Positions 1 to 8,746 of a stretch of 64,000 bases of DNA are shown here, piece by piece. The notes beneath the pieces were generated by a model. It saw only the letters and a program-made list of their open reading frames with translations. It did no database searches and was not told where the DNA came from. The position numbers were made by a program, and so were the translations under genes. Within the stretch, counting starts at the first letter, position 1; the number at the start of each line of letters is the position of its first letter. Origin of the DNA: Candidatus Kaiserbacteria bacterium (GTDB lineage Bacteria > Patescibacteriota > Minisyncoccia > Phycocordibacterales > Phycocordibacteraceae); NCBI GenBank assembly GCA_026396675.1, contig JAPLWI010000014.1:376-64375 (forward strand). The letters are read 5' to 3'.

Positions 1-250
1 CTTCTCGTATTCTCTCGCCGGAAGCAGAATGTTTCCATATTTTTTCTGTATGTTCATATCTTGATCCGTCATACACACGAATGCGCAAGAAGTTCCACCC
101 TTTCTCATCGAACTTTTGGATATTGAAAAAATAATCCTCCAAATGCGATGTTCCTTTCTTGATAAATTTTGCTTCCTGTAAATAATTTGCACTTGCTGCA
201 AACTCTTTAGCTGTTATTTCGAGTTTATATTCTGTCTCAATTTTAGTCAT
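1..250 (-). CDS. CYTH-domain protein (partial, runs off the window)
   Basis: Manual translation MTKIETEYKLEITAKEF...EDYFF...FLRIRV shows the N-terminal ExExK motif and LRIR strand typical of CYTH; TATAAT lies 4 nt upstream of the ATG. Confidence 0.6.
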   Translation of the reverse strand, partial: MTKIETEYKLEITAKEFAASANYLQEAKFIKKGTSHLEDYFFNIQKFDEKGWNFLRIRVYDGSRYEHTEKIWKHSASGERIRE

Positions 251-267
251 AGAGATTATATTTCCTG

Positions 268-339
268 CGGGTCCAGCTGGACTCGAACCAGCAACTTCGC
301 TTTTGGAGAGCGACATTTTACCATTGAAACTATAGACCC
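268..339 (-). tRNA. tRNA-Trp(CCA)
   Basis: Reverse complement folds as a cloverleaf: acceptor GGGTCTA/TGGACCC, anticodon arm TCGCT-ctCCAaa-AGCGA, T arm GCTGG-TTCGAGT-CCAGC. CCA end not encoded. Confidence 0.95.
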
Positions 340-348
340 ATCTTTGAA

Positions 349-1020
349 CTAGGTTACCATATTTTCGAGAAAGGCGCGGGCAATAGCCGATATCTTTCTT
401 GAAAGAACCACGTCATGGTATCTGACATGAATGCAGCCATTGTAATTAGGTTTAGTTGACTTACCTGTGTGCGGTTTCCAGAAAGTGTTTTGGAATTGCT
501 GTTCTTGGATTCCAGTAACTTCAGACCAAAAAGTTCTTTGCCTACTTTCATCATGATATTCGTGCAAATGCATTTTAACTCGAAAGCGTTTCTCATCGAG
601 TTGCGGTATTGCTTGGCGCAATAACGCCATAAATCCGCATATGGTGAGCGGTTCGGCATTTGTGAAGGTAAACTCACTATCATTCTTTGATTTTGATCCT
701 TCACACCAATACATCAAAGAACACATAATAAGCGCCATTTCATTATCAATCGTGGTTTTTGACATCGACAATTCTGACTCCTGCTTTACATTTGCAAGTT
801 TTGTGCGGGTTAATTTTCTCTTTGCCTCATTGGCCATTTCGCGAGCCCTCACTTTTCGTGCCTGAATTAATGCACGAGCCCTTTCAGGAAGGACAATGTC
901 TTGTGTCCATAAGGATACAGATGATTTCGATACCTTTAGTTTTTTAGCGATTGCTGGAAGAGTTTTCCCCGATTTCCGCATCAGTATCGCTTGGGAATGT
1001 TCAAATGATTTGGTCTGCAT
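349..1020 (-). CDS. HTH plus LAGLIDADG-like hypothetical protein
   Basis: N-terminal HTH (GKTLPAIAKKLKVSKSSVSLW) and a MYWCEGSK...FTFTN motif resembling a LAGLIDADG helix. Start placed at MQTKS (1020). Confidence 0.55.
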   Translation of the reverse strand: MQTKSFEHSQAILMRKSGKTLPAIAKKLKVSKSSVSLWTQDIVLPERARALIQARKVRAREMANEAKRKLTRTKLANVKQESELSMSKTTIDNEMALIMCSLMYWCEGSKSKNDSEFTFTNAEPLTICGFMALLRQAIPQLDEKRFRVKMHLHEYHDESRQRTFWSEVTGIQEQQFQNTFWKPHTGKSTKPNYNGCIHVRYHDVVLSRKISAIARAFLENMVT

Positions 1021-1112
1021 ACAACGGTTATAATAACATTGAAACAAGTTCGTATTCTCCAAATAGTGGGGAAAACAGTCCTGAACGCAGTGAAGGGCGG
1101 TATGATGAAATC

Positions 1113-1967
1113 ATGATTCCGTTCTTCGGTCCCATTATTCCTGCCGCTTATAATGTGTGCCCGGCCAGTTGGGGATTGCTTATCACAGTTATAAACAACA
1201 TCATCAGTTTGCTCATTACGCTCGGACTCGTTCTCGTCGCGCCAATTATGATTGCGTATTCCGGCTATCTTTATGTAGTGAGTCCAGTTGATCCAGCGGG
1301 GAAGAGTAAGGCGAGAGGAATTCTTCTCCACACTATCATCGGTATCATTGTGATGTTTGCTGGCTGGCTCATCGTGGATGCAGTGATGGCGGTAATCTAT
1401 AATCCAAGCGCTGTCGGCGGAACTTGGTCATCACTTATTACTTCGGGCGGTATTGACCCCTGTCTCAAACAAGCGGCTTCGCTCATAAATCTTAACCAAA
1501 CAAATTTGAGTGTGTCAGGCATAAGTGCGAATGGCAGTGCAGTATACATAAGCGGGAAGTCAGGCGCCCTATGTGGAAATACGGCTTGCAGTCCAGCATC
1601 TCTCCAAGCAGCTGGTCTTGCCCCAGCGCAGGCCAATGCAATGTCATGCATCGCAATGACCGAGAGCACCGGAAACACAAATACTCCTAGTAGCTCAACT
1701 GGTGCATGCGGGACTTTTCAAATAACGCGTGGAAATTGGAACACAGCGAGTTTTCACCAATCTCCTTGTAGTACAGCCACTCCTTGCAACGATCCAACCT
1801 GCAACTTACAAACCGCACAGATTATGTTCTCCAAATCCGGATATCAGCCGTGGACAGGAATATGTAAAAATGTAAATGGATGCGGAGTTGTTGCCTACGG
1901 GCAACCGTGGAATGCAGGAGCGCGAGCATGTGTAAATCAATATGATCCAGGGAATTTAAAGGATTGA
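1113..1967 (+). CDS. CPR pilin-like protein fused to a lytic transglycosylase (SLT-like) domain
   Basis: Two TM helices with the GYLYVVSPVDPAGKSKARGIL pilin pattern, then CIAMTESTGN...GACGTFQI...CNLQTA...GYQPW (ES, GxxQ). The 951 start overlaps the divergent gene, so ATG 1113 was chosen. Confidence 0.65.
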   Translation: MIPFFGPIIPAAYNVCPASWGLLITVINNIISLLITLGLVLVAPIMIAYSGYLYVVSPVDPAGKSKARGILLHTIIGIIVMFAGWLIVDAVMAVIYNPSAVGGTWSSLITSGGIDPCLKQAASLINLNQTNLSVSGISANGSAVYISGKSGALCGNTACSPASLQAAGLAPAQANAMSCIAMTESTGNTNTPSSSTGACGTFQITRGNWNTASFHQSPCSTATPCNDPTCNLQTAQIMFSKSGYQPWTGICKNVNGCGVVAYGQPWNAGARACVNQYDPGNLKD

Positions 1968-1977
1968 TAATATTTTT

Positions 1978-2553
1978 ATGAAAAAACTTCTTATCATCTT
2001 GCTCGCTCTAGCACTTCTGGGATTTATTGCTTTTTGGGTATTTGTTGGTTTTGGTTCTAAGCAAACCATAACCGGTTCTAATGGTGGGAACGTCACTCTT
2101 CCTTTAAGCGGCAATGTACCAACATCTACTTCAGGCAGTTCGATGCAAGATAAAACATCTTTCACAGTAGCTGGCTCTGGAGGAGTCACTATACCAACAC
2201 GCGATTTCCTTCGTGACTCAACCGCAGGAGAATATCCGAACCGTGGCTATTATTACCTTGGTTATCATACATCTGGGGATGGCGTTGTTGACCCAACAGC
2301 AACAAACGATCCTCCATATCTTATCGAATACATAAAAAGTGAACAGTATTTCATTATCGAATTATTGAAGGAACCTATAGGCACAACACGTTTAATCGCA
2401 GAGCAGTATCTTATGGCGCATCTAGGAATCTCACAGGATCAAATGTGCCAGCTTAACTATTCGGTGAGCGTTCCGAATCGTGTCAATTCGCAATATGCCA
2501 GTAAAAATCTCGGATTCAGCTTCTGTCTTGGTGCGACGAAGTTACCAAATTAA
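1978..2553 (+). CDS. Membrane-anchored exported hypothetical protein
   Basis: N-terminal hydrophobic anchor, S/T/G-rich linker and a C-terminal Cys pair; directly follows the pilin-SLT gene. Confidence 0.65.
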   Translation: MKKLLIILLALALLGFIAFWVFVGFGSKQTITGSNGGNVTLPLSGNVPTSTSGSSMQDKTSFTVAGSGGVTIPTRDFLRDSTAGEYPNRGYYYLGYHTSGDGVVDPTATNDPPYLIEYIKSEQYFIIELLKEPIGTTRLIAEQYLMAHLGISQDQMCQLNYSVSVPNRVNSQYASKNLGFSFCLGATKLPN

Positions 2554-3424
2554 GTTTGCGGAGCCACGCTTTTTGGCGGCGCGCATACTGCCAGAGCTTT
2601 GCCGAAAGCGTGTGTAGTAAAAGTGTCAAACACTCGGTGTTTGACACTTTGTTCTTGTTGAGGAATTCGCCAATGATTTTGTATTCAAGACCGAGTTCGT
2701 TAATTCGTTCGTCGCCATATTTTTCGCGTATGGTGCGGACTTCTTCAATAAGCCCGCGATCAAAGGCACTCGCAAGCCGTGCATCAATTCGTGCTCGTAG
2801 CTCTTCTTTTGGCGGATCAATAACAATCCACTTCGAGCAGTAGCGAGATTCCGAGCCAAACGAGGGACGAACAGGGACTTTTCCTTTTGTATCAATAATT
2901 TCTAACGCGCGGATGAGTCGGCGACGATTTTGTGGGTCGAGTTCAGAGGCGCGGCGCGCGTCCGCAGAACGGACGCGCGTGGACAATTCTTCTGTTGAAA
3001 GTTTTTCAAGTTCAGCACGAAATGCTGGATTCACGTCAATTTCGGGAATGGGACGCAGAAGTGCGTCAAAATAAAAATGCGTTCCACCGACAAGAATCGG
3101 TAGTTTCCCACGTTTCGAAATATCTTCAATTAAACGTGCCGCATCTGTAACGAAATCACCAGCAGAATAGATCTCATTCACATCGTGGATATCAATAAGA
3201 TGATGTGGCACCCCGCACATTTCTTCGGTTGTTATCTTTTCCGTACCAATATCGAGACCACGATACACTTGCCGCGAGTCCACAGAAATTATTTCTCCAA
3301 TGAAGGGTTTCGGAAATCCTTCACCTGATGAAGGATTTCCGAAACCCTTCAAAGCGATCTCAACCGCCAGCGCAGATTTACCCGAGGCAGTCGGCCCCAC
3401 GATGCAAAGAATATGTGTCGCCAT
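2516..3424 (-). CDS. miaA: tRNA dimethylallyltransferase
   Basis: GPTASGKS, ISVDSRQVYRGLDIGTEK, VGGT and YARRQ motifs. Start at MATHIL because the upstream sequence is tRNA-Leu. Confidence 0.95.
   Translation of the reverse strand: MATHILCIVGPTASGKSALAVEIALKGFGNPSSGEGFPKPFIGEIISVDSRQVYRGLDIGTEKITTEEMCGVPHHLIDIHDVNEIYSAGDFVTDAARLIEDISKRGKLPILVGGTHFYFDALLRPIPEIDVNPAFRAELEKLSTEELSTRVRSADARRASELDPQNRRRLIRALEIIDTKGKVPVRPSFGSESRYCSKWIVIDPPKEELRARIDARLASAFDRGLIEEVRTIREKYGDERINELGLEYKIIGEFLNKNKVSNTECLTLLLHTLSAKLWQYARRQKAWLRKLNLVTSSHQDRS
2620..2650. repeat. 14-bp perfect inverted repeat inside miaA
   Basis: AAAGTGTCAAACAC-tcg-GTGTTTGACACTTT, encoding KVSNTECLTL. Confidence 0.75.
3301..3351. repeat. 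Palindromic element family A, copy 1 (in frame in miaA)
   Basis: 23-bp perfect arms TGAAGGGTTTCGGAAATCCTTCA / TGAAGGATTTCCGAAACCCTTCA with a 5-nt loop; encodes KGFGNPSSGEGFPKPF. Confidence 0.9.
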
Positions 3425-3428
3425 ACTG

Positions 3429-3510
3429 TGCTGAAGGTGGGAGTCGAACCCACAACCCTTGCGGGACACGATTTTGAGTCGTGCGCGTATACCAATTCCG
3501 CCACTTCAGC
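3429..3510 (-). tRNA. tRNA-Leu(CAA)
   Basis: Cloverleaf with a long variable arm: acceptor GCTGAAG/CTTCAGC, anticodon arm CACGA-ctCAAaa-TCGTG, T loop TTCGACT. Confidence 0.95.
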
Positions 3511-3567
3511 GCTACAATGCACAATACCATTTCACTACATTATTTTCATCATGGTAAAATTACTTCT

Positions 3568-4548
3568 ATGAATGATGATGCGGGCTATGTACCGACCAAG
3601 TACGATTCGATTTTTTGGATTGATGTCGAGCGCATACAGCCAAATCCATATCAACCGCGGCGCGAGTTCAGTGAAGAAGGTCTTACATCGCTCGCTGAGA
3701 GCATTCGCCAATATGGAGTGCTACAGCCGCTCGTCGTAAGCCGCACTGATGTAGAAAAGCCAGAAGGCGGTCTCGAGAGTTTGTATGAACTCATCGCTGG
3801 TGAACGACGTCTGCGCGCTTCTCGTCTCGCCGGTCTCAAACAAGTGCCAGTCGTGATTCGACATGGCGATAACAACCTCACGAAGCTAGAACTCGCCATC
3901 ATCGAAAATCTTCAGCGGGAAGACCTCAATGCTATTGACCGCGCGAAAGCGCTCAGAAAACTCATCGAGGACTTCGGTATTTCACACGCCGAATGCGCCG
4001 CGAAAATCGGTAAGAGTCGCGAATATGTGTCTAACTCACTTCGTCTTCTTTCTTTACCGGAACACATGCAGAATGCTGTTGTTGGGAAGGAAATAAGCGA
4101 AGGTCATGCGCGTGCGCTTCTCGCTCTCCACGATCGTCCAGAAGAACTCGAAACACTTTTTAAAGAAATCGTCTTAAAGAAATTGCCAGTTCGCGCAGTT
4201 GAACGCATCGCGCGCTCTATCGCGCAGGAGCGCGTGCGCAAATATCATCGTAAAACGCCTGAGATGGTAGAACTTGAAAAAACGCTTACAGAGACGCTTG
4301 GTACGCGAGTCATCATCGAAACCAATAATGCTGAAGAGGGTGGTCGCCTGCTTATTGATTTTTTCTCTCCAGACGATCTATCGGCACTCGCTGCGTCACT
4401 CGCGGCGCACCCGATTTCTGAATCGGGTGCGCCGTCCTCCGAAGCTTCAGCGAAGGAGGACCAATTACTACCTGACCCCGTTCCGCCAGCAGCACCAGAA
4501 GAGTCCGATGACGATGAATTATATTCAGTAAGTGGTTTTACGATTTAA
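3568..4548 (+). CDS. parB: ParB/Spo0J partition protein
   Basis: NPYQPRREF, GVLQPL, YELIAGERRLRA, IENLQREDLN and an HTH. The start follows TGGTAAAAT. Confidence 0.93.
   Translation: MNDDAGYVPTKYDSIFWIDVERIQPNPYQPRREFSEEGLTSLAESIRQYGVLQPLVVSRTDVEKPEGGLESLYELIAGERRLRASRLAGLKQVPVVIRHGDNNLTKLELAIIENLQREDLNAIDRAKALRKLIEDFGISHAECAAKIGKSREYVSNSLRLLSLPEHMQNAVVGKEISEGHARALLALHDRPEELETLFKEIVLKKLPVRAVERIARSIAQERVRKYHRKTPEMVELEKTLTETLGTRVIIETNNAEEGGRLLIDFFSPDDLSALAASLAAHPISESGAPSSEASAKEDQLLPDPVPPAAPEESDDDELYSVSGFTI
4404..4461. repeat. Two adjacent hairpin repeats in the parB C-terminal tail
   Basis: GGCGCACCCGATT-tctg-AATCGGGTGCGCC (4404-4433), then GTCCTCC-gaagcttcagcgaa-GGAGGAC (4434-4461). Confidence 0.7.
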
Positions 4549-6133
4549 TTTTCAGAGGTTTCTTTTTCTTTTTTTGTAATCTCGCTGGTTCGCTCATACC
4601 AAGCGCGGCGCGGATATGCCTCCGCGCGAGTGAGGTACGTGCAATTTCAAGCCACTTCGACGAAGGATGTGCGGCATCGCGTCGTATAATTTCAACAACC
4701 TCGCCATTATTTAATTGTGTATCAAACGAAACAAGTTTTCCGTTTACCTTCGCGCCTTGAATGTGATTCCCAAGATCGCTATGTATCGCATAAGCGAAAT
4801 CAATTGGCGTTGATGCTGCGGGTAAATCAACAACATCACCTATTGGGGTAAAGACGAACACGCGATGCGAGAAAAAATCCTCCCTCAAACCCTCTACGAA
4901 TTCTTCAGATCCAGCAACTTCCGCATGCGCTTCAGCGAGCTCGGCGAGCCACAACGGAACTTTTACAGGATCTTTTGTTCCATTTTCTTTTCCGGAAACC
5001 TTCATGAGTGATGGGATGAGCGAGCGAACCCAAGAAAAAGAAAGCGACGAGAACCGATTTTTTTGAACGTCTTTTCCAAGTTTTTCAATTCCTTTACCGA
5101 GTTGTTTATAGGACATGTGTGACGCGATGCCGAATTGTGCACGGCGATGCATTTCTTCAGTGCGAATCTGAATTTCAACAATGCCCGCTTCAGGTGTCAC
5201 AACCGTCGTGTGCAGCGATTGATAGCCGTTCGGTTTAGGGAAGGCGATATAATCCTTAAACTCGCCTGGCAATGGTCGATACATCGCATGCACGACGCCA
5301 AGTGTGGTGTAACAATCCTCAATTTCCGGCACAATAATACGGAGCGCGGCAATGTCGTGAATGAGCGTTATGTCATCATGTTTCCTTTTAAGTTTTTGAT
5401 GCAAGCTCCACAGACCTTTCATGCGAATGTCAGTGCGGAATGTCACGAGATCTTTCTTCGCTAATTCTCGTTTCAATTCTTTTTGTACTTTTGCGAGACC
5501 GTCTTCGGTCTCTTTCGTCTTCAATTTAAGCATTTCGGCGGTATGTCGTGCAGCATCAGGATCTACGAATGGAAATGAAGAGTCCTCTAGATTGCGTTTC
5601 ATCCTTCCCATACCGAGTCGGTCGGCAATGGGAGCATAAATTTCTAGTGTTTCGAGCGCGATACGACGACGTTTCGGTTCAGACACATATTCAAGCGTCT
5701 GCACATTGTGTTTTCTATCTGCAAGCTTCACGATGAGCACGCGAATATCACTAGCCGTCGCAACAAGTAGCCGACGAAGCGATTCGGCATGGCGTTCGGC
5801 GCCTCTATATTTATGTTTACCGAGTTTCGTTACGCCATCAACAATGAAGAGCACTTCCTTCCCGAATTCCTTTTCAATTTCTTCGCGCGTGGTACAACCG
5901 TCTTCAACTGCATCATGGAGAAGTCCTGCAACAATCGTCGTTGCATCCATTCCGTATTCAGCGAGGATTTTTGCCGTTGCCGCCGGATGAATAAAATATG
6001 GTTCACCCGAATAACGCATTTTATTCTCATGCGCTTTCTTGGAGAACTCGTATGCCTTCTCGATAAGCGCAATGTCCTCGGATGAAGGGTTCTTCATCTC
6101 GCCGATAATCTCCTTAACGGTCGTCAGCGCCAT
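4538..6133 (-). CDS. relA: RelA/SpoT homolog (HD hydrolase, synthetase, TGS; no ACT)
   Basis: RYSGEPYFIHP, GLLHDAVED, KLADR, KPNGYQSLHT, EIQIRT and the TGS motif TPIDFAYAIHS. Confidence 0.92.
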   Translation of the reverse strand: MALTTVKEIIGEMKNPSSEDIALIEKAYEFSKKAHENKMRYSGEPYFIHPAATAKILAEYGMDATTIVAGLLHDAVEDGCTTREEIEKEFGKEVLFIVDGVTKLGKHKYRGAERHAESLRRLLVATASDIRVLIVKLADRKHNVQTLEYVSEPKRRRIALETLEIYAPIADRLGMGRMKRNLEDSSFPFVDPDAARHTAEMLKLKTKETEDGLAKVQKELKRELAKKDLVTFRTDIRMKGLWSLHQKLKRKHDDITLIHDIAALRIIVPEIEDCYTTLGVVHAMYRPLPGEFKDYIAFPKPNGYQSLHTTVVTPEAGIVEIQIRTEEMHRRAQFGIASHMSYKQLGKGIEKLGKDVQKNRFSSLSFSWVRSLIPSLMKVSGKENGTKDPVKVPLWLAELAEAHAEVAGSEEFVEGLREDFFSHRVFVFTPIGDVVDLPAASTPIDFAYAIHSDLGNHIQGAKVNGKLVSFDTQLNNGEVVEIIRRDAAHPSSKWLEIARTSLARRHIRAALGMSEPARLQKKKKKPLKIKS

Positions 6134-6178
6134 AGGAGCACACTATACACCCTAGTAGAAATAATTTCTAATTTTCAT

Positions 6179-8572
6179 CTATTTCAAATACTCTGCTGCT
6201 TCGGCGGGAGTGAGAAAATCGGCGGAGACGGAAGTGGGAAGATAAATACGGCGCAGGCCTTTTTTCAAAAATAGCCCTTGTTTAGATTTATAGAGCGAGA
6301 GCATTTTGCCGGTACGCGGATGTTTACCAATTTCTTTTACGAGCTCAACGCCTTTCGTTTGTTTTTTTGGCTCGGCGAGAAGAGCGAGCGCTTCATCAAG
6401 CGTGATGGTGTATGGATCTTTCCCGCTTGCAACTTTTATGGAACGAAACTCGCCATCACTGCCGACATACGGACCGAAACGACCGGTTGATGCGAATACC
6501 GGCTTGCTAGTTGAAGGATGCATTCCTAATTCGCGTGGTAGCGAAAGATATTTAAGAGCGTCGGCAAGTGTTACTTGTGCGATATCGATACCTTTTGGAA
6601 TGCTCGCGCGCTTCGCCGCCATTCGCGGTCTGCCGCGTTTGGCGGCGCCCCGCGGAGCCTTGGCGGAGTGGGGTTCTTTTTTTGGCACCTTCTCACCTTC
6701 GCTCGTCGGCATCTCAACATACGGTCCGAATCTTCCTGTCTTTACATAAATCGGTACGCCGGTTTCAGGGTGATTTCCGATTGGTTCGTCACCTTTTAAT
6801 TCAGTACCTTCTTCGGTTCGTGCACCGAGACATTTTGGATAATGTTTGCAACTCATGAAAACGCCGCCGCGACCAAGTTTGAATTCCATTGGGCCTTCGC
6901 AAATTGGGCATGGGAATTCAGGAGAAGTATCACCGAGGGAAGTCGCTTTTGGCAATTTATCTTTCGCATGCACCGCTTTCTCAAACGGACCGTAGAATGC
7001 CGAAAGTGTTTCCGTATACCCGCGCTCACCGCGCGCGATTTCATCTAGTTCATTTTCCATTTCCGCAGTAAAAGTATCACTTACATATTCGGGGAAGTGT
7101 TCCTCAAGCCACCCAGAAACGACCATACCGGTCGCTGTCGGTTTCAATGCACGAACAATCTTTTCGACATAACCACGATCCTGAATCGTTTTCATAATCG
7201 AGGCATATGTAGAAGGACGCCCGATGCCGCGCTTTTCAAGTTCTTTAATAAGACCGGCTTCGGTGTAACGATTTGGCGGTTCAGTTTGTTTTTCTTCTGC
7301 ACCGAGCGATAGAAGCGTTAGCGGATCACCGACAGAAAGTTTCGGCAATTCTATATCTTCACTGCGTGCTTTCGTATCGAGAGCAAGCCATCCGGGGAAG
7401 AGGAGTCGTGAACCAGTTGCAGAAAAAAGAGGAATATCGCGGTCGGCTTTTGCAGTAATGCTTGTACGCATAATTCGCGCGGAAGCCATTTGCGAAGCGA
7501 GCGCACGTGTGCGAATTAATTCATACAATCGTTCTTCGTCCGGTGTTGAACCGGCATGCGCGTGGCTAGAATCAGTTGGGCGAATCGCCTCATGTGCTTC
7601 TTGCGCATTTTTGCTCGTAGTTTTATATGCACGCACATGAAGATATTCTTTGCCAAATTCTTTTTCAACGATACCCGCCATTTTTGCGACGGCTTCTTTA
7701 GCGAGATTCACCGAGTCGGTACGCATATAAGTAATGTGTCCTGCCTCATAGAGTTTTTGCGCGGCGCGCATTGTTCGCGAAGGAGCGAAACCGAGTCGTG
7801 TTGAGGCGACTTGTTGCAATGTTGATGTGGTAAACGGTGGACGAGGATTACGATCCTCGGCTTTTTCTGTAACATCAGCCACATTCCATCTCGCGCTTCT
7901 TCCGATTTGCACAATCCGGTCTGCTTCTTCTTTTGTCTTCGGTTGCTCGCTACAAGTCGCCGCTATATCGCCGGATTTTGATTTGAAGAGCGCAGAAAGC
8001 ACGAAATAAATTTCTGGCACGAACGCCTTAATTTCTCGTTCGCGTTCAGCTAGGATGCGAAGTGCAGGTGATTGCACGCGCCCGGCCGACAACCCGTACC
8101 GCACTTTTTTCCAAATAAGACCGGAAAGATCGTAGCCGACAATGCGATCCAATACGCGCCGCGCTTCTTGCGCGCGGCGCAAATCCTCGTCAATCGCACG
8201 AGGGTGTGCAAGGGCATCTTCAATAGCATCCTTCGTGATTTCGTGAAAGACGACCCGTTTCGATTTTTTCAAATTCGCGACTTCCTTAATGTGCCAAGCG
8301 ATTGCCTCGCCTTCGCGGTCTGGGTCAGTTGCTAGATAAATTTCATCTGCTTTTGTCGCCGCGTGTTTTATTTTTTCAATCACTTCGTGCTTGCCGGCTG
8401 AAACGACATAGCGCGGAATAAAGCCGCCTTCAATATCGACGGCGTCTTTATTTGATTTCGGCAAATCGCGCACATGTCCGACCGAAGCAAGAACGGTATA
8501 GTCCTTGCCCAGGTAATGCCCTATAGTGCGCGCCTTGGTTGGCGACTCAACGATAAGTAATTTGTGGGTCAC
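6179..8572 (-). CDS. topA: DNA topoisomerase I
   Basis: LIVESPTK, ATDPDREGE, SAGRVQS, ITYMRTD, a zinc ribbon and C-terminal GRFGPY repeats. Confidence 0.97.
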   Translation of the reverse strand: MTHKLLIVESPTKARTIGHYLGKDYTVLASVGHVRDLPKSNKDAVDIEGGFIPRYVVSAGKHEVIEKIKHAATKADEIYLATDPDREGEAIAWHIKEVANLKKSKRVVFHEITKDAIEDALAHPRAIDEDLRRAQEARRVLDRIVGYDLSGLIWKKVRYGLSAGRVQSPALRILAEREREIKAFVPEIYFVLSALFKSKSGDIAATCSEQPKTKEEADRIVQIGRSARWNVADVTEKAEDRNPRPPFTTSTLQQVASTRLGFAPSRTMRAAQKLYEAGHITYMRTDSVNLAKEAVAKMAGIVEKEFGKEYLHVRAYKTTSKNAQEAHEAIRPTDSSHAHAGSTPDEERLYELIRTRALASQMASARIMRTSITAKADRDIPLFSATGSRLLFPGWLALDTKARSEDIELPKLSVGDPLTLLSLGAEEKQTEPPNRYTEAGLIKELEKRGIGRPSTYASIMKTIQDRGYVEKIVRALKPTATGMVVSGWLEEHFPEYVSDTFTAEMENELDEIARGERGYTETLSAFYGPFEKAVHAKDKLPKATSLGDTSPEFPCPICEGPMEFKLGRGGVFMSCKHYPKCLGARTEEGTELKGDEPIGNHPETGVPIYVKTGRFGPYVEMPTSEGEKVPKKEPHSAKAPRGAAKRGRPRMAAKRASIPKGIDIAQVTLADALKYLSLPRELGMHPSTSKPVFASTGRFGPYVGSDGEFRSIKVASGKDPYTITLDEALALLAEPKKQTKGVELVKEIGKHPRTGKMLSLYKSKQGLFLKKGLRRIYLPTSVSADFLTPAEAAEYLK

Positions 8573-8611
8573 GTTATTAACTCATAGCGCGTATACCTAT
8601 ATATGGTCAAG

Positions 8612-8746
8612 CCCGCACACCTAGTTTGCCATCATTGTTTTTGTGCTAGGAATGATTATTTCTATCTTAAAAACTATCATGGTAGGTCCTGTGGAAAACT
8701 ATTTTTTAAAACAACGTAAAGCACAATGGCAAACTAGGTGTGCGGG
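8612..8746. mobile_element. Non-coding MITE-like element with 21-bp TIRs and a 5-bp target duplication
   Basis: CCCGCACACCTAGTTTGCCAT (8612-8632) and ATGGCAAACTAGGTGTGCGGG (8726-8746), flanked by TCAAG at 8607-8611 and 8747-8751. Confidence 0.8.

Noticed and set aside
268-1062. Group I intron in a tRNA hosting the LAGLIDADG-like ORF
   Set aside because: tRNA-Trp is complete and no second exon or intron core is recognisable.
3425-3567. ORF-track N-terminal extensions of miaA (to 3469) and parB (from 3481)
   Set aside because: They overlap tRNA-Leu, and better starts exist at 3424 and 3568.
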